The notes under the pieces are model-generated. The model was not told where the DNA came from. It was given only the letters and a program-made list of their open reading frames with translations, and ran no database searches. From Candidatus Omnitrophota bacterium (lineage in GTDB: Bacteria; Omnitrophota; Gorgyraeia; Zapsychrales; Zapsychraceae), in assembly GCA_020429915.1 (NCBI GenBank), contig JAGQKV010000002.1, positions 128,061 to 192,060 on the forward strand: a DNA stretch of 64,000 bases, read 5' to 3'. The translations under genes and the position numbers were made by a program. Positions 8,589 to 18,009 of this stretch are shown piece after piece; within the stretch, counting starts at the first letter, position 1; the number at the start of each line of letters is the position of its first letter.

Positions 8589-8629
8589 TTGCTTAGTAAA
8601 TTATTTTGATTAAATAGTTTAAGTAATAT

Positions 8630-8959
8630 TTAATAGGTCACGTTGATGTCGACAATGCTGGCGCCCAGCAGGCCTCCGGGGCTGAGTGAGTAGCTGGCGG
8701 TGTGGGTGATATTGTTGAGTGTGAAGGTGAATGAGTCGGACATGGCGGGTGTGCCGGTGGTTTGCATTTCGCCGTATACGAGATTCAGAGTGGCCTCGGC
8801 AAGGACCTGGTTTTGCAGGCGCTTGTACTCGTCCTCGCTCAGCAGAATTTGGCTGACATTCATGCTGATAATAGAGGTGACCAGCATCAGGATCAGCAAA
8901 ATAATCACCACGACCGTGATGAGGACCACGCCCTGATTATCCAGTTTCCTTATGGGCAT
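8630..8959 (-). CDS. PilX-like minor pilin / pilus assembly protein (N-terminal TM)
   Basis: 109 aa. MPIRKLDNQGVVLITVVVIILLILMLVTSIISMNVSQ resembles the PilX N-terminal domain (QRGxxLIxxLIxL...). Confidence 0.4.
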   Translation of the reverse strand: MPIRKLDNQGVVLITVVVIILLILMLVTSIISMNVSQILLSEDEYKRLQNQVLAEATLNLVYGEMQTTGTPAMSDSFTFTLNNITHTASYSLSPGGLLGASIVDINVTY

Positions 8960-9224
8960 TGCTGCGCCTCCTCGCCTGTTTACGCGTCACTTTCTCCCGC
9001 CCTTCGGCCGAGATGTAACTGCGGCATAGCGGACAGATCAGGATGTCCGCCTGAAGGTGGTTGAAAAACAGATGTCCGCAGAATTCGCATTGAATAAGCT
9101 CCTCTGCGGATTGCGATAAATTATTGTCTTCTAGATAATTATAAGATATCCACAGGATCAGGACAAGGAGCAAGGCTGCGGAAATATAGAGCGCGATCGC
9201 CCAATCGAGCTGGATTCTAATCAT
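8937..9224 (-). CDS. Small membrane protein with a C-terminal CxxC...CxxC zinc-ribbon
   Basis: 95 aa. TM helix ALYISAALLLVLILWISY, then CEFCGH...CPLCRS. Confidence 0.35.
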   Translation of the reverse strand: MIRIQLDWAIALYISAALLLVLILWISYNYLEDNNLSQSAEELIQCEFCGHLFFNHLQADILICPLCRSYISAEGREKVTRKQARRRSNAHKETG

Positions 9225-9663
9225 TGGTTTTGGGGTGCAGTCTTAATGGTTGATATTTCGGCGTTTGAGGCAACTCGTCCGTGGTCTCGGCGGGGTGCGG
9301 AGCTACGGTTTTTTCGGGTGGCGGCAAGTAGTTAAATTTGACAGGAGCAATGGGCGACTTGCCGGCGGCCTCCGGATAGGCGGGTTTTCCCACCTCCCGG
9401 TCCTCATACGGAGCGACCGCGTGTGCCGGATGGTAGACCACCCGATGTGGCTGCAGGATCAACCGTTGATCCTGCTGATGGGCGGTCCCTCCCGTTACTT
9501 CCCCGTTGTCGAGCACCGCCCCGAAAAAGACCAGTTGCGGGCGCGGTTCAATTGTCTTCAACGGCCACGCAAACAGAAACAGCTGGGCTACGAGTAGATG
9601 CAACAGTAGAGACAGGATTAAGGCCTTCATCCAAAATGGGCCCGCGGACGCGGTCGGGGTCAT
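9217..9663 (-). CDS. TonB/TolA-like protein (N-terminal TM plus Pro-rich region, no recognisable C-terminal TonB domain)
   Basis: 148 aa. TM helix then a Pro-rich segment (PVKFNYLPPPEKTVAPHPAETT). Immediately downstream of exbD. Confidence 0.4.
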   Translation of the reverse strand: MTPTASAGPFWMKALILSLLLHLLVAQLFLFAWPLKTIEPRPQLVFFGAVLDNGEVTGGTAHQQDQRLILQPHRVVYHPAHAVAPYEDREVGKPAYPEAAGKSPIAPVKFNYLPPPEKTVAPHPAETTDELPQTPKYQPLRLHPKTND

Positions 9664-9665
9664 GA

Positions 9666-10070
9666 TCAGTTTTCCGCATTGGTGGCGATGTTCACCCGTT
9701 CAATACCGCTGATGCGGCACAAATCCCAGATATCGACGATCCGCCCTACTGAGGCCCGCCGGTCGGCCTTGATCAACAGCGGCCGTTTCTGGTAATCGGG
9801 ATTCTTGACGAAATCTTCCAGTTCCTTGGTGGTCACGATCCGGCCGTTCAGGTAGGTGACATTCTCGCTGGTGATCGTGATGATAATATTTTCTTCCTTG
9901 ATCGTGTCGCTCGTAGCGGCCTTGGGCAACTTGACCGTAATGCCCTTGTGGTACGTAAACGATGACTGCAGAAGAAAGAAGATCAGAAGTTGAAAAATGA
10001 CATCGATCAACGGGGCGATATCAATTTGCTTGAGGCTTTGTTCGACTTTGAGGTGACGACGGAAACGCAT
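9666..10070 (-). CDS. exbD: Biopolymer transport protein ExbD/TolR
   Basis: 134 aa. N-terminal TM IDIAPLIDVIFQLLIFFLL typical of ExbD/TolR. Confidence 0.8.
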   Translation of the reverse strand: MRFRRHLKVEQSLKQIDIAPLIDVIFQLLIFFLLQSSFTYHKGITVKLPKAATSDTIKEENIIITITSENVTYLNGRIVTTKELEDFVKNPDYQKRPLLIKADRRASVGRIVDIWDLCRISGIERVNIATNAEN

Positions 10071-10075
10071 GGCGG

Positions 10076-10732
10076 TCAGACTTTGGTCTCGGTGATTTGC
10101 GTCATGAAATTGACCAGCTCGGTTGCCGCACGTTCCATGTCCAGGACAAAATGATTGACCCGGTTCACGAAATAGTTGTATACCACATAAGTGGGGATCG
10201 CCACCATCAAACCGGCCACTGTGGTCAACAGGGCCTCCCCGATCGCACCGGCCAAGTCTCCCGGCGTTGTCGGATTCATGCTGGCCGCCCGAACCTGCAC
10301 GGTATGGAAACTGGCCGTCATTCCGGTCACGGTCCCCAGCAGGCCCAGCAGCGGGCTGACGTGGGCGATGGTCGCCATGGCTCCCAGGCGGCTTTCCAGC
10401 TTAGGGATCTCGAACAGGCTGGCGTCTTCCATCGCTTCCTTGATTTCATCGCGCGTTGCGCCGAACTTAACGATGCCAGCCTGCATCACCTTGGCCGCCG
10501 GCGAACGGCTTTGATCGCAGCGTTCTATGGCCTGTTTGATATTGTTGTGCTTGATGTCGTCAAAGACCGCCTTCTTCAGCTGCCGGACGTTCGTCCGGAT
10601 GCTGGCGAAATAAATCAGCCGTTCAATGATGATCGCCAGAGCCACCACCGAGCAGATGATTAGCGGGATCATGAGCGGACCGCCCATTTTGATCAGTGAT
10701 ATCGCATTCATTTCCCAAATACTCGTGCCCAT
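10076..10732 (-). CDS. exbB: MotA/TolQ/ExbB proton channel protein
   Basis: 218 aa, three TM helices, conserved GLLGTVTGM motif. Confidence 0.8.
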   Translation of the reverse strand: MGTSIWEMNAISLIKMGGPLMIPLIICSVVALAIIIERLIYFASIRTNVRQLKKAVFDDIKHNNIKQAIERCDQSRSPAAKVMQAGIVKFGATRDEIKEAMEDASLFEIPKLESRLGAMATIAHVSPLLGLLGTVTGMTASFHTVQVRAASMNPTTPGDLAGAIGEALLTTVAGLMVAIPTYVVYNYFVNRVNHFVLDMERAATELVNFMTQITETKV

Positions 10733-10759
10733 GCTTTTCCTCCTTGCCTGGGATGGCGT

Positions 10760-13270
10760 TTATTCCACGAACTGGCTGATCCAGTCAACCCGTTCCTTGG
10801 CAAATTTCATTTCGTCGGTTTTCAGGTCGATGACTTTTTGATAGGCGCTGATGGCCTCTGGCCACTTCTCGTCGTCCTCAAACATGCGTCCGAGACGCAG
10901 ATAGGATTTGACCACCCAGGATTTGTCATCGGGATACAAATAAGGAACCTTCATATATTCGTCGATGGCCTTTTGCGACTGGTTGAGCAGCTGATAGGTA
11001 TCGGCGATGCGGAACTGAATTTCCGAATTGTTGTAGAGGCTGTCTTTTTTGGCCACGCCCAGCGCTTCACCCAGCGACTGAATCGCCTTGTCGTAATCTT
11101 TGGTGCTCCGGTAAACTTCCGCGATTTTAACGAAAGCGTCGCGCTTGAACTCCGGGGAAGTCTCGATAACGTTACGGTAAGTGGTCAAGGCGGATTCCGG
11201 GTCCATTTCCTGTGAAAAGATATCGGCGATGGCCAGCCGGGCCTTAACGAACAATTCACGCCCGTTTTCCTTACTGATTTTGTTGAAGGCCTCCACGGCC
11301 TTGTCGAATTGCGCGAGGGCGGCGTGGGCCTGTCCGATTTCAAAATAGGCCATGCCCAGACTGTCGCTTCCCGGAAACGACTTGACGAACTGACTGTAGT
11401 AATCGATCGAACGCTGGTATTCCCCGGCCCTTAGATAGTGGTCTCCCAGCCAGATCAGTGACTCCTGCGCTTCCTGGGAATTCGGATAGCGGATCGCGAT
11501 TTGTTGAAAATTGGATACACCCTCGGCGGTGTCCCCTTTTTCATATAAGGCCTTAGCGATGCCGAGTTCCGCGGTCAGCAGCATGTCTTTATCCAACGGA
11601 TAGTTGCGGATAATCTTCTTAAAGTTGAGGACCGCGCTGTCGTATTCCTTGAGGTTGAATTGCGATAGTCCCAGTATGTACAGGGCTTCGGCCGTCAGCT
11701 CGTTTCGGCCGTGCTGCTGTTCCAGAAATTTCAGGATTTGATGCTTGGCCAGCGTCCAGTTGTTTTTCTTGAAATAGGCCACGGCCAAATAGTAATTCAC
11801 GTCGGCCAGATATTTGCTGTCGGCAAAATTCGAACGCAATGTTTGAAAGGACAGCGTCGCGGCCTCGATTTTTTCCATTTTCAGTAACGCGATGCCCTGC
11901 CGGTACTGCACGTAGTCCGCATACTGACTTTCCGGGTACTCCCGCAGGATTTCGTCATAAACGGACACGGCCTTTTCCCACTCCCCCGCGTCCTGGTAGG
12001 CGTCACCGATTTGCGTCATCGCGCTGATCTTGACCGTTTTTTTCTGCGCGCGGTTCTTGATTATTTCAAACTGCCGGATCGCCTGGGTGATATCGTTGTT
12101 TTTCAAATGCGACCAGGCCAATCCGAAAAAGGCCTTTTCATAGGTATCGGTCAGCTCCTGTCCGGCTTCAAAGTCCAGGATCACTTTCTCATAGTGCACA
12201 ATAGCACGGTCGTATTGCTCCAGCTTGTAGAAGATATTGGCCTTTCCCAGATAGGATTCCTTGATACGGCGGCTGTTGGGAAAGGTGTCGATCAGGTTTT
12301 GATAGGCGTCGAGGGCTTCGCTGTATTTTTCCATGCGTGTATACAGGGTCGCCTGCCCCAGATAGATGTCGTCCGAAAGGATCCCCTTTTCTTCGGCAAA
12401 CGTCAGCGCGGCCGAGAAATTATCGGCCGCCAGACTGAATTTTTCCAGTTTCAGGTAACACCATCCCAGGCTGACACGGGCCATAAGGATCAGTTTGTTG
12501 TCGTAAGCGATCTCGGCTGTCTTGGCATAGTAGGTCACGGCGGTCAGTGGATCCTCCAGGTAGTAGTAGGATTCCGCGATGTAAAAAAAGGCCTCGGCTT
12601 TCTTGGTGGATCGCGGGTATTGTTCGAGATACAGATTGAAGGCGTCGATGGTCTTCTCGAAATGACGCAGGTTGTATTCGATTTCCCCGAGTTTGAACGT
12701 GGCATCCTCGGCGAGTTGATGTTCCGGAAACTTCTTTTTCAATTCGGCGAAGCTGCTGGCGGCCTCGCGGAATTGATTCTGTTCGAATTCCACCCATCCC
12801 ACGGAGTAGAGCGCTTGCGGGGCGAATACGGAATTGGGATAAAGACTGATCAGCTGCCGGTAATGCTTTTTGGCCTGCTGATAGTCCGTTCCCTTGAGAT
12901 AGGTCTCTCCGAGCCAGTACAGGGTGTGATCGCGGTACTCCGTGTACTGGAGCAGGTCATTGAAGACCTCGTAGGCCTTGAGGTACTGGCTCTTGAAGAA
13001 ATAACATTGCCCCAGCAACAGACGGGCCTCGATTCGCTTGTTGGTGTCGGGATGCTGCGTCAGCAGCTGGTCGATATACCTGATGGCCACATCGTAAAAG
13101 CCGTCTTCGTAGGCTTTTTGGGCAACGAGGAACATTTCCTTGTCATCGGTTTGCGCCCTGGCGGACGGCACGGCGCCGGCTACGCAGAGGAGCAGCAAAA
13201 CCGCCGCGATTTTGAGGTGAAAGACTGAGGCTGATTTCATGCGCCCTATTATATCAGTTTTGTTCCGCAT
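10760..13270 (-). CDS. Large secreted tetratricopeptide-repeat protein
   Basis: 836 aa. Signal peptide (AAVLLLLCVAGAVPSARA) and more than 15 TPR-like repeats. Confidence 0.8.
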   Translation of the reverse strand: MRNKTDIIGRMKSASVFHLKIAAVLLLLCVAGAVPSARAQTDDKEMFLVAQKAYEDGFYDVAIRYIDQLLTQHPDTNKRIEARLLLGQCYFFKSQYLKAYEVFNDLLQYTEYRDHTLYWLGETYLKGTDYQQAKKHYRQLISLYPNSVFAPQALYSVGWVEFEQNQFREAASSFAELKKKFPEHQLAEDATFKLGEIEYNLRHFEKTIDAFNLYLEQYPRSTKKAEAFFYIAESYYYLEDPLTAVTYYAKTAEIAYDNKLILMARVSLGWCYLKLEKFSLAADNFSAALTFAEEKGILSDDIYLGQATLYTRMEKYSEALDAYQNLIDTFPNSRRIKESYLGKANIFYKLEQYDRAIVHYEKVILDFEAGQELTDTYEKAFFGLAWSHLKNNDITQAIRQFEIIKNRAQKKTVKISAMTQIGDAYQDAGEWEKAVSVYDEILREYPESQYADYVQYRQGIALLKMEKIEAATLSFQTLRSNFADSKYLADVNYYLAVAYFKKNNWTLAKHQILKFLEQQHGRNELTAEALYILGLSQFNLKEYDSAVLNFKKIIRNYPLDKDMLLTAELGIAKALYEKGDTAEGVSNFQQIAIRYPNSQEAQESLIWLGDHYLRAGEYQRSIDYYSQFVKSFPGSDSLGMAYFEIGQAHAALAQFDKAVEAFNKISKENGRELFVKARLAIADIFSQEMDPESALTTYRNVIETSPEFKRDAFVKIAEVYRSTKDYDKAIQSLGEALGVAKKDSLYNNSEIQFRIADTYQLLNQSQKAIDEYMKVPYLYPDDKSWVVKSYLRLGRMFEDDEKWPEAISAYQKVIDLKTDEMKFAKERVDWISQFVE

Positions 13271-13309
13271 TTCAATTTGCGTCGTCGATTGAGCAGAGGC
13301 GGCCGGCCG

Positions 13310-15037
13310 CTAGGGGGCCGGCGAAAGTCCGGACGGCCCCGCCAGGATGGTGCCGGCCAAATCACCGCGCAGGATCTCCAATTCCGCGGGGCTGAGTTGG
13401 GTTTGCGCCCGCCGGTACCAATCCGACCAACCCGCGGGGCGTTCCAGCGCCATGTAGCAACGTGCGGCGTAGCGGTAGGCGGCCAGGGCCGGTTGCAGGT
13501 CCACGCTGCGGCGCAGGTCCCGCAGGGCCGATTCGTAATCGCCTTGCAGCGCCGCGATCTGTCCCAGTCCGCGATATGGCGCCGCATAGTCCGGAGCGAG
13601 TGCCAGGGCCTGCCGGTAGTACGCCGCCGCCAGATTGTCATCGGGAACCGCACAGCGTCCCAGCATGAAAAACAGCCGCGGATCACGGTCGCCGAGTTGT
13701 ACCGCCCGCTGAAGCGCCGGGACGGCCTTGTCGCAATCGCCCCGCCGGAAGGTGGCGATCCCCAAGATGGCGTGCCCTTTGGCGTGACGCGGATAGTCCC
13801 GCGTCCAGGAATGGGCCAGCGTGAGATTGTCCTTCCACGCCACCGTCACCGTGAAACTGGTGAACACCGCGGCGGTCACCAGGCCGAGCCGCAAAAATCG
13901 GCGGATGTCGACGGAGAGCCGCGGCAGACTGACCTGGTCCAACAGGATCATGACGGCCACGCTCAGCCCAGCCGCGGGCAGATACAGGAAACGGTGGGCC
14001 ATGGGATTCGCCAGGGGAATGATATTGGCCGCCGGAAGATAAAACGCCGCCGCCATAACCGTAAAGAACATAAAATCGCGGTCCCGGCGCCGGGCCACGA
14101 TCGTGATGACCAGTAGTCCGCAAAACAGCACCGTGGACAACGGATTGATCAAATTTGGCTCACGGGCGGGATCAAAAAGCCCCGGTAAGGGCCGCACCGT
14201 CAGCGGTAATAACCACATGGACAGATACCGGCCGAGCAACATCAGCATGTAGGCGATATGGGCCCCGGCTGTAGTTCCCGGCGCGGGATTATGGCCGACG
14301 GCCGAGTTGGGGAAAACGACCAGATAAACCCAAATATAGAATGCGGTGACGAACCCATAGGCCGCCGTTGGGACGAGATGCTTCAGCCAGCCCTTTTCCC
14401 CTCTTTGCCGTTCGAAGAACCATTCGTAGGCCAGTAGGACCGCTGGCAGCAGCACGGCCGACTCCTTGCTGAAAACGGCCAATCCGTAGCAGAGCAGACT
14501 TCCGGCCAGCCACGCCTTCCGCCCTGAGGAACGAAAACGTATGTAAAGGATGATTGCCGTCAGACCGAAGAAGCAAGCCTGCAGATCATGCCGGTAACTG
14601 ATCGCGCACACCGCCTCGGCCGCTACCGGATGCGTACCGAACAGGGCCGCCGCCCACGCCGCCATCCGCGGCTGGCGTAAGACCATCCACGCAAGCAGAA
14701 AGACGAGCGCCGTGTTGGCCAGATGCAGCAGCCAGCTATGCAGATGATAGCCGAACGGATTCAGATCCCACAGGGCACGGTCGAGAAAATAGCTGAGGGA
14801 ATTGACCGGACGGTACGATACCGCCCCGCTGCTGTTGTAGGTACCGCTGTTCAGAAAGTACTCGCGGCTGTCGGAAATGTACCGGTCGCTGATCAATAGC
14901 GGCAGGTTATCCAATGAGCGGTAAAACTCATTACGGACGATCATGACCTCGTCGTCGCCGACAAAGCCGTTAAACAGACACAGACAAAAGGTCAAACCGG
15001 CGAGCGCCGTTGTTAATATAAGGAGGCGTTTGGGCAT
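13310..15037 (-). CDS. GT-C membrane glycosyltransferase (PMT/TMTC-like, DUF1736-type polytopic domain) with C-terminal TPR repeats
   Basis: 575 aa. N-terminal about 400 aa with roughly 10 TM helices, a DDE motif in the first loop (FVGDDEVMIVRNEF) and conserved PFGYHL. C-terminal TPR repeats. Paralogue of 42616-44325. Confidence 0.55.
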   Translation of the reverse strand: MPKRLLILTTALAGLTFCLCLFNGFVGDDEVMIVRNEFYRSLDNLPLLISDRYISDSREYFLNSGTYNSSGAVSYRPVNSLSYFLDRALWDLNPFGYHLHSWLLHLANTALVFLLAWMVLRQPRMAAWAAALFGTHPVAAEAVCAISYRHDLQACFFGLTAIILYIRFRSSGRKAWLAGSLLCYGLAVFSKESAVLLPAVLLAYEWFFERQRGEKGWLKHLVPTAAYGFVTAFYIWVYLVVFPNSAVGHNPAPGTTAGAHIAYMLMLLGRYLSMWLLPLTVRPLPGLFDPAREPNLINPLSTVLFCGLLVITIVARRRDRDFMFFTVMAAAFYLPAANIIPLANPMAHRFLYLPAAGLSVAVMILLDQVSLPRLSVDIRRFLRLGLVTAAVFTSFTVTVAWKDNLTLAHSWTRDYPRHAKGHAILGIATFRRGDCDKAVPALQRAVQLGDRDPRLFFMLGRCAVPDDNLAAAYYRQALALAPDYAAPYRGLGQIAALQGDYESALRDLRRSVDLQPALAAYRYAARCYMALERPAGWSDWYRRAQTQLSPAELEILRGDLAGTILAGPSGLSPAP

Positions 15038-15082
15038 AGGCGGTTGTGGTCGTTGGCAAGAAACGCCTCAGTATAACATAGC

Positions 15083-17875
15083 CTATGATTGCTTTAACAA
15101 GGGTTTAAGATATTTCGCGGTATGCGACGTCGGGTGTTCGGCCAGCTGTTCGGGCGGGCCGGCAAAAACGATCTCCCCCCCTTTGTCGCCGCCGTCCGGT
15201 CCCAAATCGATGATGTAGTCGGCCGTCTTGATAATATCCAGATTGTGCTCGATTACCAATATCGTGTTGCCCTTGTCCACCAGCCGTTGCAGCACCTTCA
15301 ACAGTTTGTCGACGTCCGCAAAGTGCAAGCCCGTGGTCGGTTCATCCAGAATGTAAAGGGTATTGCCGGTGGACTGTTTGCGCAGCTCGCTGGCCAACTT
15401 GACGCGTTGGGCCTCCCCTCCGGACAGGGTCGTTGCCTGCTGACCCAGCCGGATGTACCCGAGTCCGACGTCGTTGAGGGTGGTAAGCACGCTGCGAATC
15501 GGGGGAATGTTTTCGAACAGTTGAATCGCCTCGGTGACCGCCAGATTCAGGATGTCGCAGATCGAATATCCCTTGAACTGAATCTCCAACGTCTGCTCAT
15601 TGAAACGCTTTCCCTTGCACACCTCACATTCGACGTAGACATCCGGCAAGAAGTGCATCTCGATCTTGCGGATCCCGTCTCCCTGGCAGGCTTCGCAGCG
15701 GCCGCCTTTGACGTTGAAACTGAATCGGCCGGGTTTATATCCGCGCATCTTCGCTTCCGGCAGCTGTGAAAACAGGTTGCGAATATGACTGAAAACCCCT
15801 GTGTAGGTGGCCGGATTGGAACGCGGGGTGCGTCCGATCGGGGATTGATCGACTTCGATAATTTTGTCGACTTGTTGCAGGCCCGTGATGCGCTTGTGGC
15901 GTCCGGGTTTATCCTTGGCGTGGTGCAGTTCTTTGGCCAGCGCCTTGAAAAGGATTTCATTGACCAAGGTCGATTTTCCGGAACCCGAGACACCGGTGAC
16001 ACAGGTCAGCGTGCCCAGCGGGACGGTGACGTCGATGTTCTTGAGGTTGTTTTCCTCCGCCCCCTTAACGGTCAGGACACGTTTGGGATCCAGCGGCCGG
16101 CGCTCGGCGGGGACCGGGATAAAGCGCTTGCCGTTGAGGTATTGACCGGTCAGGGATTTCTTCGATTTGAGAATCCCCGCCGTCTTGCCCGCATAAATGA
16201 TCTCCCCGCCGTATTCACCGGCTCCGGGTCCAAGGTCAACGATGTAGTCGGATTTGCGGATGGTTTCCTCGTCATGTTCGACGACGATGAGCGTGTTGCC
16301 GATGTCGCGCAGGGAATGTAGTGTGGTGAGCAGGCGCTGATTATCCTTTTGATGCAGTCCGATACTCGGTTCGTCCAGGATGTAGATCACACCCGTTAAG
16401 CCCGAACCGACCTGAGTGGCCAGGCGGATGCGCTCGGCCTCCCCGCCCGACAGGGTGGCGCTCATTCGGTCGAGGGTCAGGTAATCCAGCCCCACGTTGA
16501 AACAGAAATCCAGTCGGCGGTTGATCTCTTTGATAATTTGTTCGCTGATTTCCCCCTCGGCTTTGTTCAACTTGACTTCGGCGAAGAATTTCTTGGCATC
16601 CTTGATGGAGAAATGATTGACCTCCGCGATATTCAAACCGTTGATCCTGAAGGCCAGCGCCTCCGGGCGCATGCGGGTGCCGTTGCAGGCGGGACATGGC
16701 AGTACCGACATGAACCGGGAGATCTCGTCCTTGAGCCAATCGCTGTCGGTATTCTGGAACATCCGTTCCAGGTAAGGAATGACCCCTTCAAAGGGTTTGC
16801 CCCAAATGGAGTCGCCTGTTCCATAGAAAATCTTCTTCATAAAAGATTTGGGAGTTTTTTTGAACGGCTGATACGGATCCACGTTGTGTATGTGCGCCAG
16901 TTCACGCATGACCGCGCGGTAGTACATCAGATAATGGCTGCGGCCGCGGGTCCGCGGTGCGATGGCGTTAATCCAGGGTTTGTCGCTGTCAGGAACCAGC
17001 AGTTCCGGGTCGATTTCCATTTTTGTGCCGAGGCCGTTACAGCTTTCGCAGGCCCCGTAGGGAGAATTAAAGGAAAACAGCCGCGGCGTCACCTCATCGA
17101 TATTGAAACCGGATTCACTGGAGAACTTCTCACTGTAAGTCTTCTCGGTTTCCTCTTCGGGTTGCAGGACAGTAACCGATCCCTGGCCGACCTCCAGCGC
17201 CGTCTCAATGGAATCGGTCAGGCGTTTTTTGACGCTATCCTTCAGGGCTATCCGGTCGACGACCACCTCGATGGTGTGCATTTTGTACTTGTCCAGCTTT
17301 AACTCTTCCTGGACATCCTGGATGTTGCCGTCGACCCGGATGCGCGCGAAACCGGCCTGGGCCACCTGCTTGGGGATGTTTTTATATTCCCCTTTTTTAC
17401 CTTTGATCAGCGGCGCGAGGATGATGATCCGGGTGCCCTCGGGCAGGGCCATGATCTGACTGACGATCTCCTGCGCCGATTGTTTTTCGATGGGTTTTCC
17501 CGTTTTGGGATCGTGAGGAACACCGATGGAGGCGTACAGCAGCCGCAGGTAGTCGCTGATTTCGGTTTGCGTGGCGACGGTGGAACGGGGATTACGGCTG
17601 GTGGTCTTTTGTTCGATGGAAATCGTCGGGGATAGGCCTTCTATTGACTCGACATCCGGTTTTTGCAGCTGCTCCAGGAATTGGCGGGCATACGCCGACA
17701 AGCTCTCGACATAGCGCCGTTGTCCCTCGGCGTATATGGTGTCGAAGGCCAGCGATGATTTGCCGGATCCGCTCAATCCGGTGATCACCACGAACTGATC
17801 GCGGGGGATTTTGAGATCGAGGCTTTTAAGGTTATGTTCCCGGGCTTGGCGAATTGTGATGTACTTGCTTTTCAT
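15083..17875 (-). CDS. uvrA: Excinuclease ABC subunit A
   Basis: 930 aa. Two ABC ATPase modules (GLSGSGKSSL and GVSGSGKSTL), zinc fingers and LSGGEAQR signature motifs. Confidence 0.95.
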   Translation of the reverse strand: MKSKYITIRQAREHNLKSLDLKIPRDQFVVITGLSGSGKSSLAFDTIYAEGQRRYVESLSAYARQFLEQLQKPDVESIEGLSPTISIEQKTTSRNPRSTVATQTEISDYLRLLYASIGVPHDPKTGKPIEKQSAQEIVSQIMALPEGTRIIILAPLIKGKKGEYKNIPKQVAQAGFARIRVDGNIQDVQEELKLDKYKMHTIEVVVDRIALKDSVKKRLTDSIETALEVGQGSVTVLQPEEETEKTYSEKFSSESGFNIDEVTPRLFSFNSPYGACESCNGLGTKMEIDPELLVPDSDKPWINAIAPRTRGRSHYLMYYRAVMRELAHIHNVDPYQPFKKTPKSFMKKIFYGTGDSIWGKPFEGVIPYLERMFQNTDSDWLKDEISRFMSVLPCPACNGTRMRPEALAFRINGLNIAEVNHFSIKDAKKFFAEVKLNKAEGEISEQIIKEINRRLDFCFNVGLDYLTLDRMSATLSGGEAERIRLATQVGSGLTGVIYILDEPSIGLHQKDNQRLLTTLHSLRDIGNTLIVVEHDEETIRKSDYIVDLGPGAGEYGGEIIYAGKTAGILKSKKSLTGQYLNGKRFIPVPAERRPLDPKRVLTVKGAEENNLKNIDVTVPLGTLTCVTGVSGSGKSTLVNEILFKALAKELHHAKDKPGRHKRITGLQQVDKIIEVDQSPIGRTPRSNPATYTGVFSHIRNLFSQLPEAKMRGYKPGRFSFNVKGGRCEACQGDGIRKIEMHFLPDVYVECEVCKGKRFNEQTLEIQFKGYSICDILNLAVTEAIQLFENIPPIRSVLTTLNDVGLGYIRLGQQATTLSGGEAQRVKLASELRKQSTGNTLYILDEPTTGLHFADVDKLLKVLQRLVDKGNTILVIEHNLDIIKTADYIIDLGPDGGDKGGEIVFAGPPEQLAEHPTSHTAKYLKPLLKQS

Positions 17876-17944
17876 AGTGGCGCGGGCGGCGCTTAGTGCG
17901 CGGCAGAGGCTCCATATTAGATCAAGGCGGGAACTGCGTCAATA

Positions 17945-17986
17945 CCAAAAAAAACAGCCCTTGTAATAGTTATATTACAAGGGCTG
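17945..17986 (-). terminator. Rho-independent terminator of the histone-like gene
   Basis: Perfect 14-bp stem CAGCCCTTGTAATA/TATTACAAGGGCTG with a 4-nt loop (17955-17986), followed on the minus strand by TTTTTTTT. Confidence 0.6.
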
Positions 17987-18009
17987 TTATGGTCGAGCGC
18001 GAATCGCGC

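Noticed and set aside
12011-13228. 405-aa plus-strand ORF, with similar long antisense ORFs at 4110-5198, 42997-43962, 46664-47770, 62179-63303 and 15785-16321
   Set aside because: Each lies entirely antisense to a gene with strong homology (TPR protein, secretin, GT-C, ispH, metX, uvrA). In high-GC DNA, long stop-free antisense frames are expected. The proteins are low-complexity (R/G/D-rich) with no recognisable motifs.
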